A stretch of 64,000 bases of DNA from Candidatus Babeliales bacterium. GTDB taxonomy: Bacteria > Babelota > Babeliae > Babelales > JBFXEV01. The notes beneath the pieces were generated by a model. The model was not told the DNA's origin, made no database searches, and saw nothing but the letters and a program-made list of their open reading frames with translations. The DNA lies in assembly GCA_050179755.1 (NCBI GenBank), contig JBFXEV010000001.1, forward strand, positions 809,994 through 873,993, in the 5' to 3' direction. Numbering within the stretch: position 1 is the stretch's first letter; each line of letters starts with the position of its first letter. The position numbers and the translations under genes were made by a program. Of the stretch, positions 27,965 through 36,385 are shown one piece after another.

Positions 27965-29164
27965 ATGGCGCAATTTGCATGGAAAGGTATTGGTCTTGAT
28001 GGTCTTGATAAATCAGGCGTACAAAAGGCGCGTTCGTGTAAACAACTTGATGCGCTGTTATTAAGTCAAAATATTGCATTGCTTGAGGCGTCTGTTATTG
28101 CACCATATAGCAGATTGCGCCCTGTTTCTTTGTCTTTACGCACTACTTTTTTTGATCAACTTGCAACGCTTTTGGAAGCGGGCGTATATTTAGATGCAGC
28201 GCTTGCAATTTTAGCAGAACAAACAGCGCATGCTGGTTTTGCGAGTGTAATTAATGATATTGCCTCAAGTGTGCAAGAAGGATCGCAATTTCATGAAGCG
28301 CTTGATGTGTACAAAGATCTCTTTGATACAGTCATCATAAGCGTGGTGCGTTCGGGGCAAGAAGTTGGTAATTTGCCGGTAGCATTGCGCTCGATTGCCA
28401 AATATCTTGCTTTTCGTGAACAATTTAAAGCAACTATTAAACGCGTGTGTATGCTCCCACTTATTACCTGTTTATTTTTTTTGGTTGTTGCAGTAATTAT
28501 TATTGGATTTATTGTGCCCTCATTTGCAAGCCTTTATCAATCTGCTGGCAAAGAGTTGCCTGCTACAACGCAAACGCTGCTCTGGCTATCAAGTTGGGTT
28601 TCACTTGCAGGCTTGGCATTACTTGTTCCTTTTTTTGTAGTTTTATATTTATGTGTACGTGTGCTTAAACGTTCTTACAAAGTAATGCGTATATATGAAG
28701 CCGTGCTTTTGAATGTGCCAATAATCGGGCGTATTATTGGTTATGGCAATCTTCTTTCTTATATGCAAGCGCTTGCTATTTTGAGTGCCGGCGGCGTGCA
28801 TGTAGCGCAAGCATTAAAACTTGCTCTTGGTGCAATTTCGGTAACATCTTTGCACGATACATTTATACAAGTTCATTATGACGTGCAGCACGGCAAGCAT
28901 GTTTCTGTGGCATTAAAACAGAGTAATGCGCTTTATGGTGGGCCGTCAGTACTTGCATTATTGCGCGTGGGTGAAGAATCAGGCAGGCTTGATAGAGCCT
29001 TTGAGCAGGTGGTTGTTGTGTATCAACAACAACTTGAAAAAACGAGTAATTTAGTTACAACACTTATACAACCATTGTTAATGATAGCTTTAGGGCTTAT
29101 GATTACTGGATTAATATTTGCAGTATACGTACCTATATTCAATTTGTCTGAAGTGATCTCTTGA
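27965..29164 (+). CDS. Type II secretion/type IV pilus inner-membrane platform protein (GspF/PilC family)
   Basis: QLATLLEAGV.L..AL, GQEVGNL, GEESGRLD and YVPIFNL motifs. Confidence 0.9.
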   Translation: MAQFAWKGIGLDGLDKSGVQKARSCKQLDALLLSQNIALLEASVIAPYSRLRPVSLSLRTTFFDQLATLLEAGVYLDAALAILAEQTAHAGFASVINDIASSVQEGSQFHEALDVYKDLFDTVIISVVRSGQEVGNLPVALRSIAKYLAFREQFKATIKRVCMLPLITCLFFLVVAVIIIGFIVPSFASLYQSAGKELPATTQTLLWLSSWVSLAGLALLVPFFVVLYLCVRVLKRSYKVMRIYEAVLLNVPIIGRIIGYGNLLSYMQALAILSAGGVHVAQALKLALGAISVTSLHDTFIQVHYDVQHGKHVSVALKQSNALYGGPSVLALLRVGEESGRLDRAFEQVVVVYQQQLEKTSNLVTTLIQPLLMIALGLMITGLIFAVYVPIFNLSEVIS

Positions 29165-29231
29165 AAATACTTTTTTGTGGCATAGAATAAGAGTGTAATG
29201 CTGTATTATAAAAAATTGTTAGGAGTATTTT

Positions 29232-29831
29232 GTGAAGAAATTGTCGATCATTATTTTAACCCTTTTATTTGTTCAGCCAGCATATGGCTTAGAGCATGAG
29301 CTTAAAAATCTTGCTGCGAGTTTAACAAAACTTGCACAAGATTTAGGTGGGGGCGCACCACCACCTCCGCCAACAGGTCAAATTCCTGCATACCCTCAAC
29401 TTACACCACAAGAAATTGCTGAGTTGGAGAAAGATCGGCCCAAACGGCCATTGCCGCCACCACCAGCAGCAAATGACAAAGTGCGCACTATTAAAGCAAA
29501 ATTAGACGCAATTTTTAATGAAACAGACGTTGCTGTTTTAACAGATGCAACTAATCGTCTGGATCGTTCTTATCTATTTAATTTAGAAAAAGTGGGTGCA
29601 CCGCAAGAAGATATTCTTAAATATAAAGAACTGATGGTCAAACATACGAAAAAAAGAATAGATACTCTCTATAATGAAGTTACTGCAGGACGCCTTAAAT
29701 TTAATATACAGTTTGCAAATAGTTTGTTACGTGTTTTACAAGATAATGGCGTATCTGGTGATGAATATGATGCTTATTTGCAGAAAGTTGGTGAAATGGC
29801 TGGTAGAAACTGGGGGTACGTGGGAAATTAA
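29232..29831 (+). CDS. Secreted proline-rich hypothetical protein (LKNL-helix / RPLPP family)
   Basis: AGGAG RBS with GTG start; LEHELKNLAASLTKL; PPPPP; KRPLPPPP. Confidence 0.8.
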   Translation: MKKLSIIILTLLFVQPAYGLEHELKNLAASLTKLAQDLGGGAPPPPPTGQIPAYPQLTPQEIAELEKDRPKRPLPPPPAANDKVRTIKAKLDAIFNETDVAVLTDATNRLDRSYLFNLEKVGAPQEDILKYKELMVKHTKKRIDTLYNEVTAGRLKFNIQFANSLLRVLQDNGVSGDEYDAYLQKVGEMAGRNWGYVGN

Positions 29832-29961
29832 AAAAGGCGCCAAGAGAAAAATTGAGATAAATAAAGAATATCCTTTGCCAAAATTTTAGGATCACTTGAA
29901 AATACATCTGTTGTAACTTAGAATAAGTGAGTAATGAATTTTTTAAAAAGCTTGGAGCAGT

Positions 29962-30477
29962 ATGAAGAAGCTACCTTTTCTTATTATCGCCATGTCGTGT
30001 ACATATCAGTCATCTCTACAGGCTGATCAGGTGCTACAGCAAAATCTTGTAGATCTTACGCGTGCATTGCAAACATTACAGCAAAGGTTACCGCGTAATG
30101 GCACAAAAAGGCCGTTACCAAAGGGGCCTGCTCAATTAGTGAGTGAAGAAGAAAAAAATCAACTCATTGCCATTCTAAAAGATCTTAATTTAGAAAAGCA
30201 AGCAACTGTTGACGATACACAAGAAGTTACGCAAGCTGATTTTCTTAAAGATCTCAAGTTGACTCTTGATGAAATTTTAAAAGGTTTTAATGCAAAAACG
30301 CATGCATATGTTGGGTATCCAAATTATAAAAATGAATTTCTAAAACGCCATTTAGGCGATTTTGATGTTGCTCTTAAATTATTAAAAGCAGCGACACCCC
30401 AAGATGCTAGAATTCCCTATTATGAATCTTGGCGTCCCCATTTAGAAAAAGCGGTAGGCACATTGCCAGTAAAATAA
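29962..30477 (+). CDS. Secreted hypothetical protein; C-terminal domain shared with 34571..36193
   Basis: GGAG RBS; LQQNLVDLTRALQTL; KRPLPK; LKDLNLE...TQEVT.A.FLKDLKL domain. Confidence 0.8.
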   Translation: MKKLPFLIIAMSCTYQSSLQADQVLQQNLVDLTRALQTLQQRLPRNGTKRPLPKGPAQLVSEEEKNQLIAILKDLNLEKQATVDDTQEVTQADFLKDLKLTLDEILKGFNAKTHAYVGYPNYKNEFLKRHLGDFDVALKLLKAATPQDARIPYYESWRPHLEKAVGTLPVK

Positions 30478-30523
30478 AATGGCTTAAAAGCGTAATTAAA
30501 AGAACGAAAATATTTGAGGGAGT

Positions 30524-32248
30524 TTGGTTATGAAGAAATTATTTCTGTTGAGTTTATCATGTTTCTTTATTGGAAATGTTTGTGCTCAACAACAACAACT
30601 CAAGAATCTTGCTGGCGCATTACGAGCATTGGCAGCAGAATTTGGCACGTCGCCAGCAGTGCCACCTTTGCCATCTGACCAAATTCCTGCATATCCTGAA
30701 CTTACGCCTGAAGAAATTGCTAAGCTGGAGAAAGATCGGCCATTGCCGCCAGTGCGTGGTGATGATGATACGAGAATGTTGGATTTAGCTAGCGGAATGC
30801 CGTTGCCTTTGTCACCTCGTGATGATAGAGGAATGCTTGATGCAGCGCGTGGCACGCCCTTGCCAGCGTCTCCTCGTGATGGTGATATTGAATTGCCGCC
30901 GGTGATACCTCATACAGGGCACGTAGTTGAACCGCCACCTGCGTATGTATTACCTCCAACCATTCAAACAACTGGCGCTGTGCTTCCAACACCACCTTCT
31001 GATGTGTTGCCGCCTGATGTACAACCTCAGCCTGATACAAGCATGCACATGGCAAAAACTAAAGAAGAACCTAAGCAACTGCTTATCCGGAAAAAAGAAA
31101 TCACTAAAGAGCCGCAATTCCAGGGTGCAAGACAGATTGCAATTAATGTGCCTAATGGTGAAGTTATTAATGCCGTAATTGGGATATTGGCAGAAAATGG
31201 CAATTTAGTTATTTGGGGGCCAAAGCTTAAAGAATTACCGCAACAAAATACTTTCTTTTCAACGGGGCAGTTCATATATCCATCTTTTGACGCAATTGAA
31301 CATACAAAAAGAAATGGTTCGATTGAAATTGAATATGATATGTATCCCGTGCTTATTAATGTGGTGGCACTGAAAGCTCAGAAATTACAATTTATGAGCC
31401 AATTGAAGGATAAGATTGATGGCCAAATTGCAGCAATTAAACAAGCAGTAAAAAATAGTAATATACGAGAATTGCTTTCAAGCGTGCAAGTTAATATACC
31501 TCAAAGTATTGGTATCATGGTAGATCAACTTGAGAAAGGGCCTCTTGCAATTGAATCAATCTATCCTAAAGCTATTGCAGGTGAAGCCGTTTTAGCAATT
31601 AAAGATGTTGAAAAACTTCTTGATGATGTAGAAGAGGCAACTAAAACCGCTATTGAGAAATTAGTTGAAGCGCTCGGTGCATTACTTTCCAAAAAGAAAG
31701 AAGTATTTGAACAATATATTGCAGCACAAAGTTTAAAGCCAGGTGAGCAACCTAATTTTAATTTGCTTGCAAAAAGATGGGAGAAAGATTCCGGTTATAG
31801 ATCTACGCGAGAAAGCTTACAATTATTTGCTGACTTTAGTAGTTCTTTAAAAGCGCGTTTAGATCAAATTAATAATTGGGCACAACTTTCTAAAGCAGAA
31901 CAAAAAGAATTGAAAGATATTCTGCAAAAAGATTTAGAAGAAAAAGCTGGTTTAGTTAAACTTACTCAGCCAAGTGGCAACTCTGTGAAAGATCGTTTGG
32001 CTAGGCAAAAGGAAAATAAGTTACTTGAAGCAACTGGTAGCTACTATAAGAATTTACAAAAGGAATTGCAAGAGACTTTGCATCAACAAGAACAGGCTAA
32101 AGCTGCTCAAGCTACTCAACAGGATTTGGAGCGCCTCGTCAAGGCAGAGACTGAGCGTCAGCGGCTTTTAGAGGAACAACGGCGCAAAAATGAAGCAGAA
32201 AAAGAACCTGGAGCTGTTACAGAAGAAGAATGGGAATCGAGCAAATAG
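30524..32248 (+). CDS. Secreted proline-rich/coiled-coil hypothetical protein
   Basis: Signal peptide; QLKNLAGALRAL; DRPLPP; 19-aa tandem repeat; C-terminal coiled coil ending EEEWESSK. Confidence 0.8.
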   Translation: MVMKKLFLLSLSCFFIGNVCAQQQQLKNLAGALRALAAEFGTSPAVPPLPSDQIPAYPELTPEEIAKLEKDRPLPPVRGDDDTRMLDLASGMPLPLSPRDDRGMLDAARGTPLPASPRDGDIELPPVIPHTGHVVEPPPAYVLPPTIQTTGAVLPTPPSDVLPPDVQPQPDTSMHMAKTKEEPKQLLIRKKEITKEPQFQGARQIAINVPNGEVINAVIGILAENGNLVIWGPKLKELPQQNTFFSTGQFIYPSFDAIEHTKRNGSIEIEYDMYPVLINVVALKAQKLQFMSQLKDKIDGQIAAIKQAVKNSNIRELLSSVQVNIPQSIGIMVDQLEKGPLAIESIYPKAIAGEAVLAIKDVEKLLDDVEEATKTAIEKLVEALGALLSKKKEVFEQYIAAQSLKPGEQPNFNLLAKRWEKDSGYRSTRESLQLFADFSSSLKARLDQINNWAQLSKAEQKELKDILQKDLEEKAGLVKLTQPSGNSVKDRLARQKENKLLEATGSYYKNLQKELQETLHQQEQAKAAQATQQDLERLVKAETERQRLLEEQRRKNEAEKEPGAVTEEEWESSK

Positions 32249-32286
32249 CCAGATTCCGCGATTTTTGAGTTTAAGTTTAATAAAAT

Positions 32287-32313
32287 GAGCTCTTAGGCTT
32301 TGTCTAAGAGCTC
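32287..32313. terminator. Bidirectional terminator
   Basis: GAGCTCTTAG / CTAAGAGCTC between convergent genes. Confidence 0.65.
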
Positions 32314-32408
32314 TTAAAAAACATAGCATTAAAGCCGTTATTAGATGAGGTTAATAGCGGTTGCTTGCAAATTAAGCAAAAATTTACTTTTGTAATAACC
32401 CCGGTTAA

Positions 32409-33089
32409 TTATTTGTTTATAGGGTTTTTATTATTGGCTTTTTTAATCACTCTTTGAGCGCTATTGATGATATAATTACGTAGCATTTCAATAGTGAAAT
32501 CATTATCTTTCTGTACATCCATATAGTCCACAGCAATAGTTAATTTCCCTTTGATAAATTCTGGTATTAATTCTTTGGTGACTAGACGGCCTACATCTTT
32601 TCCGAGCAGTGTTTGGCGCTTTGTTAATGAAATAGCTGCGGGTATTATATGTTGAATTTCTTGTGGGGAAACTGCGGTTATAAAGCTGGCGCGATTAAAC
32701 CAGATATTATCATCATCTAGATCTGCATTAACTAGGGGCCTAGACACGATTGATAATGGAGTTTCACCTAAATTATTGCGCGCATGAATATTAGCACCAT
32801 TTTCAATGAGATAAACTATAACCCTGTCCCAATTAACCGCATTGTGCTGATTAACCTTACGAGCTACCAAATGTAATGGTGTATCGCCATTCTTAAATGT
32901 AAGCTTAACGTTTTTACCAATTAATTTAATAATATTATCAGCATCATCAACACGTTTAATTGCTGCAATAGCCGCTTCTAGTTCGTTGTTAAATTGTGCG
33001 AAATCTCCGCTGATCGCTTGAGTAATACAAGATGATAGCACTAATAAATTAATGAATGTAAAGAGTTTATTAAAATTACTGTTTTTCAT
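32409..33089 (-). CDS. Secreted short ankyrin protein with shared C-terminal domain
   Basis: GDTPLHLVA, LIENGANIHARNNLGETPL; VSPQEIQHIIPA. Confidence 0.85.
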   Translation of the reverse strand: MKNSNFNKLFTFINLLVLSSCITQAISGDFAQFNNELEAAIAAIKRVDDADNIIKLIGKNVKLTFKNGDTPLHLVARKVNQHNAVNWDRVIVYLIENGANIHARNNLGETPLSIVSRPLVNADLDDDNIWFNRASFITAVSPQEIQHIIPAAISLTKRQTLLGKDVGRLVTKELIPEFIKGKLTIAVDYMDVQKDNDFTIEMLRNYIINSAQRVIKKANNKNPINK

Positions 33090-33372
33090 GAAAAATCCTT
33101 TTTTAAAGCAAGATGGTTATAGGTTCATGTCTCTATTTTATAATAGCATAATACCGGTCACTTGCACAATAGTTTTATTTCAGCCTGAAATTACCCTGAG
33201 GGATTGGTATTTCAAGTCAGTTTTATCTAAGAATTCTTTTTATATTGGAATAATATAAAAAAATAAGTGTAAAATTCGAATAGACATCAAAACTGTTGAG
33301 TTTTATTACTGTTTTGTTATATTGATAATGGGTTTATATTGCTTATTCATATTGATTTAAAGGATTTAAATT

Positions 33373-34281
33373 ATGAACAGACATTTTCTATATTATTTAT
33401 TTGTCGGGGTATTAATTGCTGGTAATTCCATGATTTACTCTATGGATCAGAGTGCCCATATTACAACTTTAAATGATGCAATTGTGAAAAAGGATAATCA
33501 ACAAGTGGCAAGACTGTTGGCCACAGGTATAAATCTTAAATCGCTACCAAAAAATGTAACTTCGCCTCTTTTTTTGGCAATCACCCAGAATTCACCAGAA
33601 ATAGTCGAGCTGCTGATTAAAGCTGGTATTGATGTGCGCGCCGATTTAGATCGTGTTTCTCCTGAGGAGTATGAAAAGAGATCTGATATTCAGATGTATG
33701 CTTCACCATTGCATTACGCAGTGAGTGAAGGGTATGTGGATATTGCAAGAGCCCTTATAGAAGCAGGTGCGGATATTCACGCGCCAATGAACTTGGTTTC
33801 AAAAGGTGAATATCAAGATGTATCAGAAAAGATTGGACAAAATTCTTTAGATATAGCAAAGAATTTTGCAAGTTCGCCGGCGAGTTCTCAATTGTTATTA
33901 AGGCACAATGAAGATGAACGTGTTGCACATTTAAGAGAAATTGCTAAGAAAAACTTGTTGGGTATGGATTTGTTACGCGTTTTATTAACTACCGTTTCAC
34001 CTCAAGAAATTCAGCATATAATACCAGCAGTTATTTCATTAACAATGCGCCAAACATTATTGGGTAAAGATGTGGGGAGATTAATTGTTGCTCAGCTTGT
34101 TCCTCAAATTGTACGTGCAAAACTTACTTTGGCAAAACAATATCCAGTAGCTGAATCAGAAGATCAGCTGCGTGTGGATATTATAACTAGTATTAATCGA
34201 GTGATTAAAAAGTCACCGCGTATTAAAGCTGCTATAAATAATCTTCAAGCCTGTTCTGCCGCAAAATCAGAAACCAACTAA
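33373..34281 (+). CDS. Secreted ankyrin protein with shared C-terminal domain
   Basis: SPLFLAI, SPLHYAVSEG; VSPQEIQHIIPA...LGKDVGRL. Confidence 0.87.
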   Translation: MNRHFLYYLFVGVLIAGNSMIYSMDQSAHITTLNDAIVKKDNQQVARLLATGINLKSLPKNVTSPLFLAITQNSPEIVELLIKAGIDVRADLDRVSPEEYEKRSDIQMYASPLHYAVSEGYVDIARALIEAGADIHAPMNLVSKGEYQDVSEKIGQNSLDIAKNFASSPASSQLLLRHNEDERVAHLREIAKKNLLGMDLLRVLLTTVSPQEIQHIIPAVISLTMRQTLLGKDVGRLIVAQLVPQIVRAKLTLAKQYPVAESEDQLRVDIITSINRVIKKSPRIKAAINNLQACSAAKSETN

Positions 34282-34335
34282 TCAGCAAAAACGATTTGCT
34301 TCAGTAAAATTACTACACCAAAGGTTATTTTTTGT

Positions 34336-34371
34336 GCTTCTACTTAAAGGGATTTAGCTTTAAGTAGAAGC
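34336..34371 (+). terminator. Hairpin, probable terminator
   Basis: GCTTCTACTTAAAG / CTTTAAGTAGAAGC. Confidence 0.6.
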
Positions 34372-34570
34372 TTACATTCGTTTGATTTGACCAAAGTGGC
34401 ATTTTTATTCTGTAGTTAGATTGAATATTTTCTAATAAGTAGTAGGGTTGTTTTTCTGCGTAATAATTCAGATTGAGATAAAAACTATTGATTTGCAATA
34501 CACTATTTTGGTATGCTGTCTGTAGGGGATAATCCTTTAGAATACGTATTTTTAATCAGATAGGAAGCTC

Positions 34571-36193
34571 ATGAATCGTCGCATATTAATAATTTTAATT
34601 TCTTGTTTGCAACTTAGCATGCTTAGTGCTGATTATTCAGGATTAAATAAGCAGCTTTTTGAAGCGGTGACAAAAAATGATGTTGTGGAAGTTCAACGAT
34701 TAGTAGAGTTGGGCGCTGACGTTAATGCAAAAGATGAGTTTACTTCTACACCGTTACATATCGCTGTATCTAAGAACAATTTTCCATTAGTTGCATTTTT
34801 GCTTGAGAAAGGCGCAAATGTCAATGCGAAAATAAAAGATGATTTAACAACTCCGTTGCATGCTGCTGCAATTAATGGTTTTGCGGACATAGCTCGATTA
34901 CTTATTAAAGAAGGTGCACATGTTAATCTAAGAGATAAGGATGATAAAACGTCGTTGTGGTTTGGAACTTTTGAAGATCATAAAGATGTTGTTGCAGTGT
35001 TACTCGAAAATAAAGCAGACATGTATGCAGAAAATAAAGAAGGCAATACACCGTTTCTGGCAGCCCTTGCTCATAGTGAGAGTATTCTACCATTATTTAT
35101 TGCTGCCGGCGTGGATGTTAATAGGAGTCTGCATTTTCTCGACCAGGAATTAACACCACTACAATTAGCAGGCATTTGGGGTGATGCACATGCTATTTCA
35201 TTACTCACAAGAGCCGGTGGTGATGTTAATGCCAAAAATAAAAATTCAGGAGCAACTGCATTACATAATGCTGCTTGGCTCGGTCATATAAATGCTGTTA
35301 AAGAGCTTCTTAAGTTGGGCGCACATGTTGATATTCGAGATAATGAAGATGCTAATCCTTTGCATCGCGCTGTACAAGAAGGAAAACTAGATGTTGCTTA
35401 TGCCTTAATTGACAATGGGGCTGATTTGTTTACTAAAAATAAAAATGGGGTTGCACCAATAGAGCGTGCAGCCGATGACGAAGCAAAAATAGCTTTAATA
35501 GCTCATACTCCTATACAAGAAATTACACATATAATTCCGGGCATTTTAGCATTAAAAAAAGCAACACCAGAATTACCTAAAGATATGCGCAACTCTTTGC
35601 TTCTTGAAATGATTAATGGCTTGGTAAGTGCAAAAATAAAGAAAGCAAAAGAGTATTTGCCTCAGCAAACAGTGGACACACTGAAAGTCGCATTTGAAAA
35701 AGGCATTAGCAATTCTATTAAAAAGTCACCAAGAATGCAAAAGGCTCCGCCAAGCGCGGATGTATTGCCGCCATATATTGCGGTTGCTAGCGATGCAAAA
35801 CCAGCATTTACAGGGCCATTGCCGCCTTCGCCCTATGAACAACCTGCACCAACTACCAGCATTACGGCATTAGAACGTCAACAATTGCTAGCGGTTCTCA
35901 AGGATTTAAACTTAGAAGAGGAAAGTGAGATTGGTACACAAGAAGTTACGCCTGCGGCTTTTCTAAAAGATCTTAAACTTGCAATGCGAGATATTCTTAA
36001 GGGTTTTAACATGCAAACACGTAAATATATAGGATATGCAGGTAGACATGAACCTTTTCATAATCGTTTTTTAAGAGACTATGAGGCTGCATTAAAGTTA
36101 TTAAAAGCTGCAAGCCCACATGATGGAGAAATTAGTCTATTTGAAGAGTGGCAACCGTATCTTGAACAGGCGGTTGATCAATATCCACAATAG
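34571..36193 (+). CDS. Secreted ankyrin-repeat protein with shared post-ankyrin domain, Pro-rich linker and second shared C-terminal domain
   Basis: About 8 ankyrin repeats (TPLHIAV, TPLHAAA, TALHNAA); PIQEITHIIPG...LPKDMRNSL; tail homologous to 29962..30477. Confidence 0.9.
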   Translation: MNRRILIILISCLQLSMLSADYSGLNKQLFEAVTKNDVVEVQRLVELGADVNAKDEFTSTPLHIAVSKNNFPLVAFLLEKGANVNAKIKDDLTTPLHAAAINGFADIARLLIKEGAHVNLRDKDDKTSLWFGTFEDHKDVVAVLLENKADMYAENKEGNTPFLAALAHSESILPLFIAAGVDVNRSLHFLDQELTPLQLAGIWGDAHAISLLTRAGGDVNAKNKNSGATALHNAAWLGHINAVKELLKLGAHVDIRDNEDANPLHRAVQEGKLDVAYALIDNGADLFTKNKNGVAPIERAADDEAKIALIAHTPIQEITHIIPGILALKKATPELPKDMRNSLLLEMINGLVSAKIKKAKEYLPQQTVDTLKVAFEKGISNSIKKSPRMQKAPPSADVLPPYIAVASDAKPAFTGPLPPSPYEQPAPTTSITALERQQLLAVLKDLNLEEESEIGTQEVTPAAFLKDLKLAMRDILKGFNMQTRKYIGYAGRHEPFHNRFLRDYEAALKLLKAASPHDGEISLFEEWQPYLEQAVDQYPQ

Positions 36194-36249
36194 TTCATAC
36201 AATGATCTCTGAAAATTTCAAATAATATAATTTAAAAAATCGCTTAGAT

Positions 36250-36278
36250 TTGACCAATATGCCAGATTTCGCTATTCT
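36250..36278 (+). promoter_or_regulatory. Sigma70 promoter of tRNA-Leu
   Basis: TTGACC-17 bp-TATTCT, about 20 nt before the tRNA. Confidence 0.6.
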
Positions 36279-36297
36279 AAAGCTATAATTTCAAGCA

Positions 36298-36385
36298 GCC
36301 GGGATGGCGGAACTGGTAGACGCACAGGACTCAAAATCCTGCGGGGCTTGCCCCCGTGTCGGTTCGATTCCGACTCCCGGCACCA
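36298..36385 (+). tRNA. tRNA-Leu(CAA)
   Basis: GCCGGGATGGCGGAACTGGTAGACGC...CTCAAAA...variable arm...GTTCGATTC...ACCA. Confidence 0.96.
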
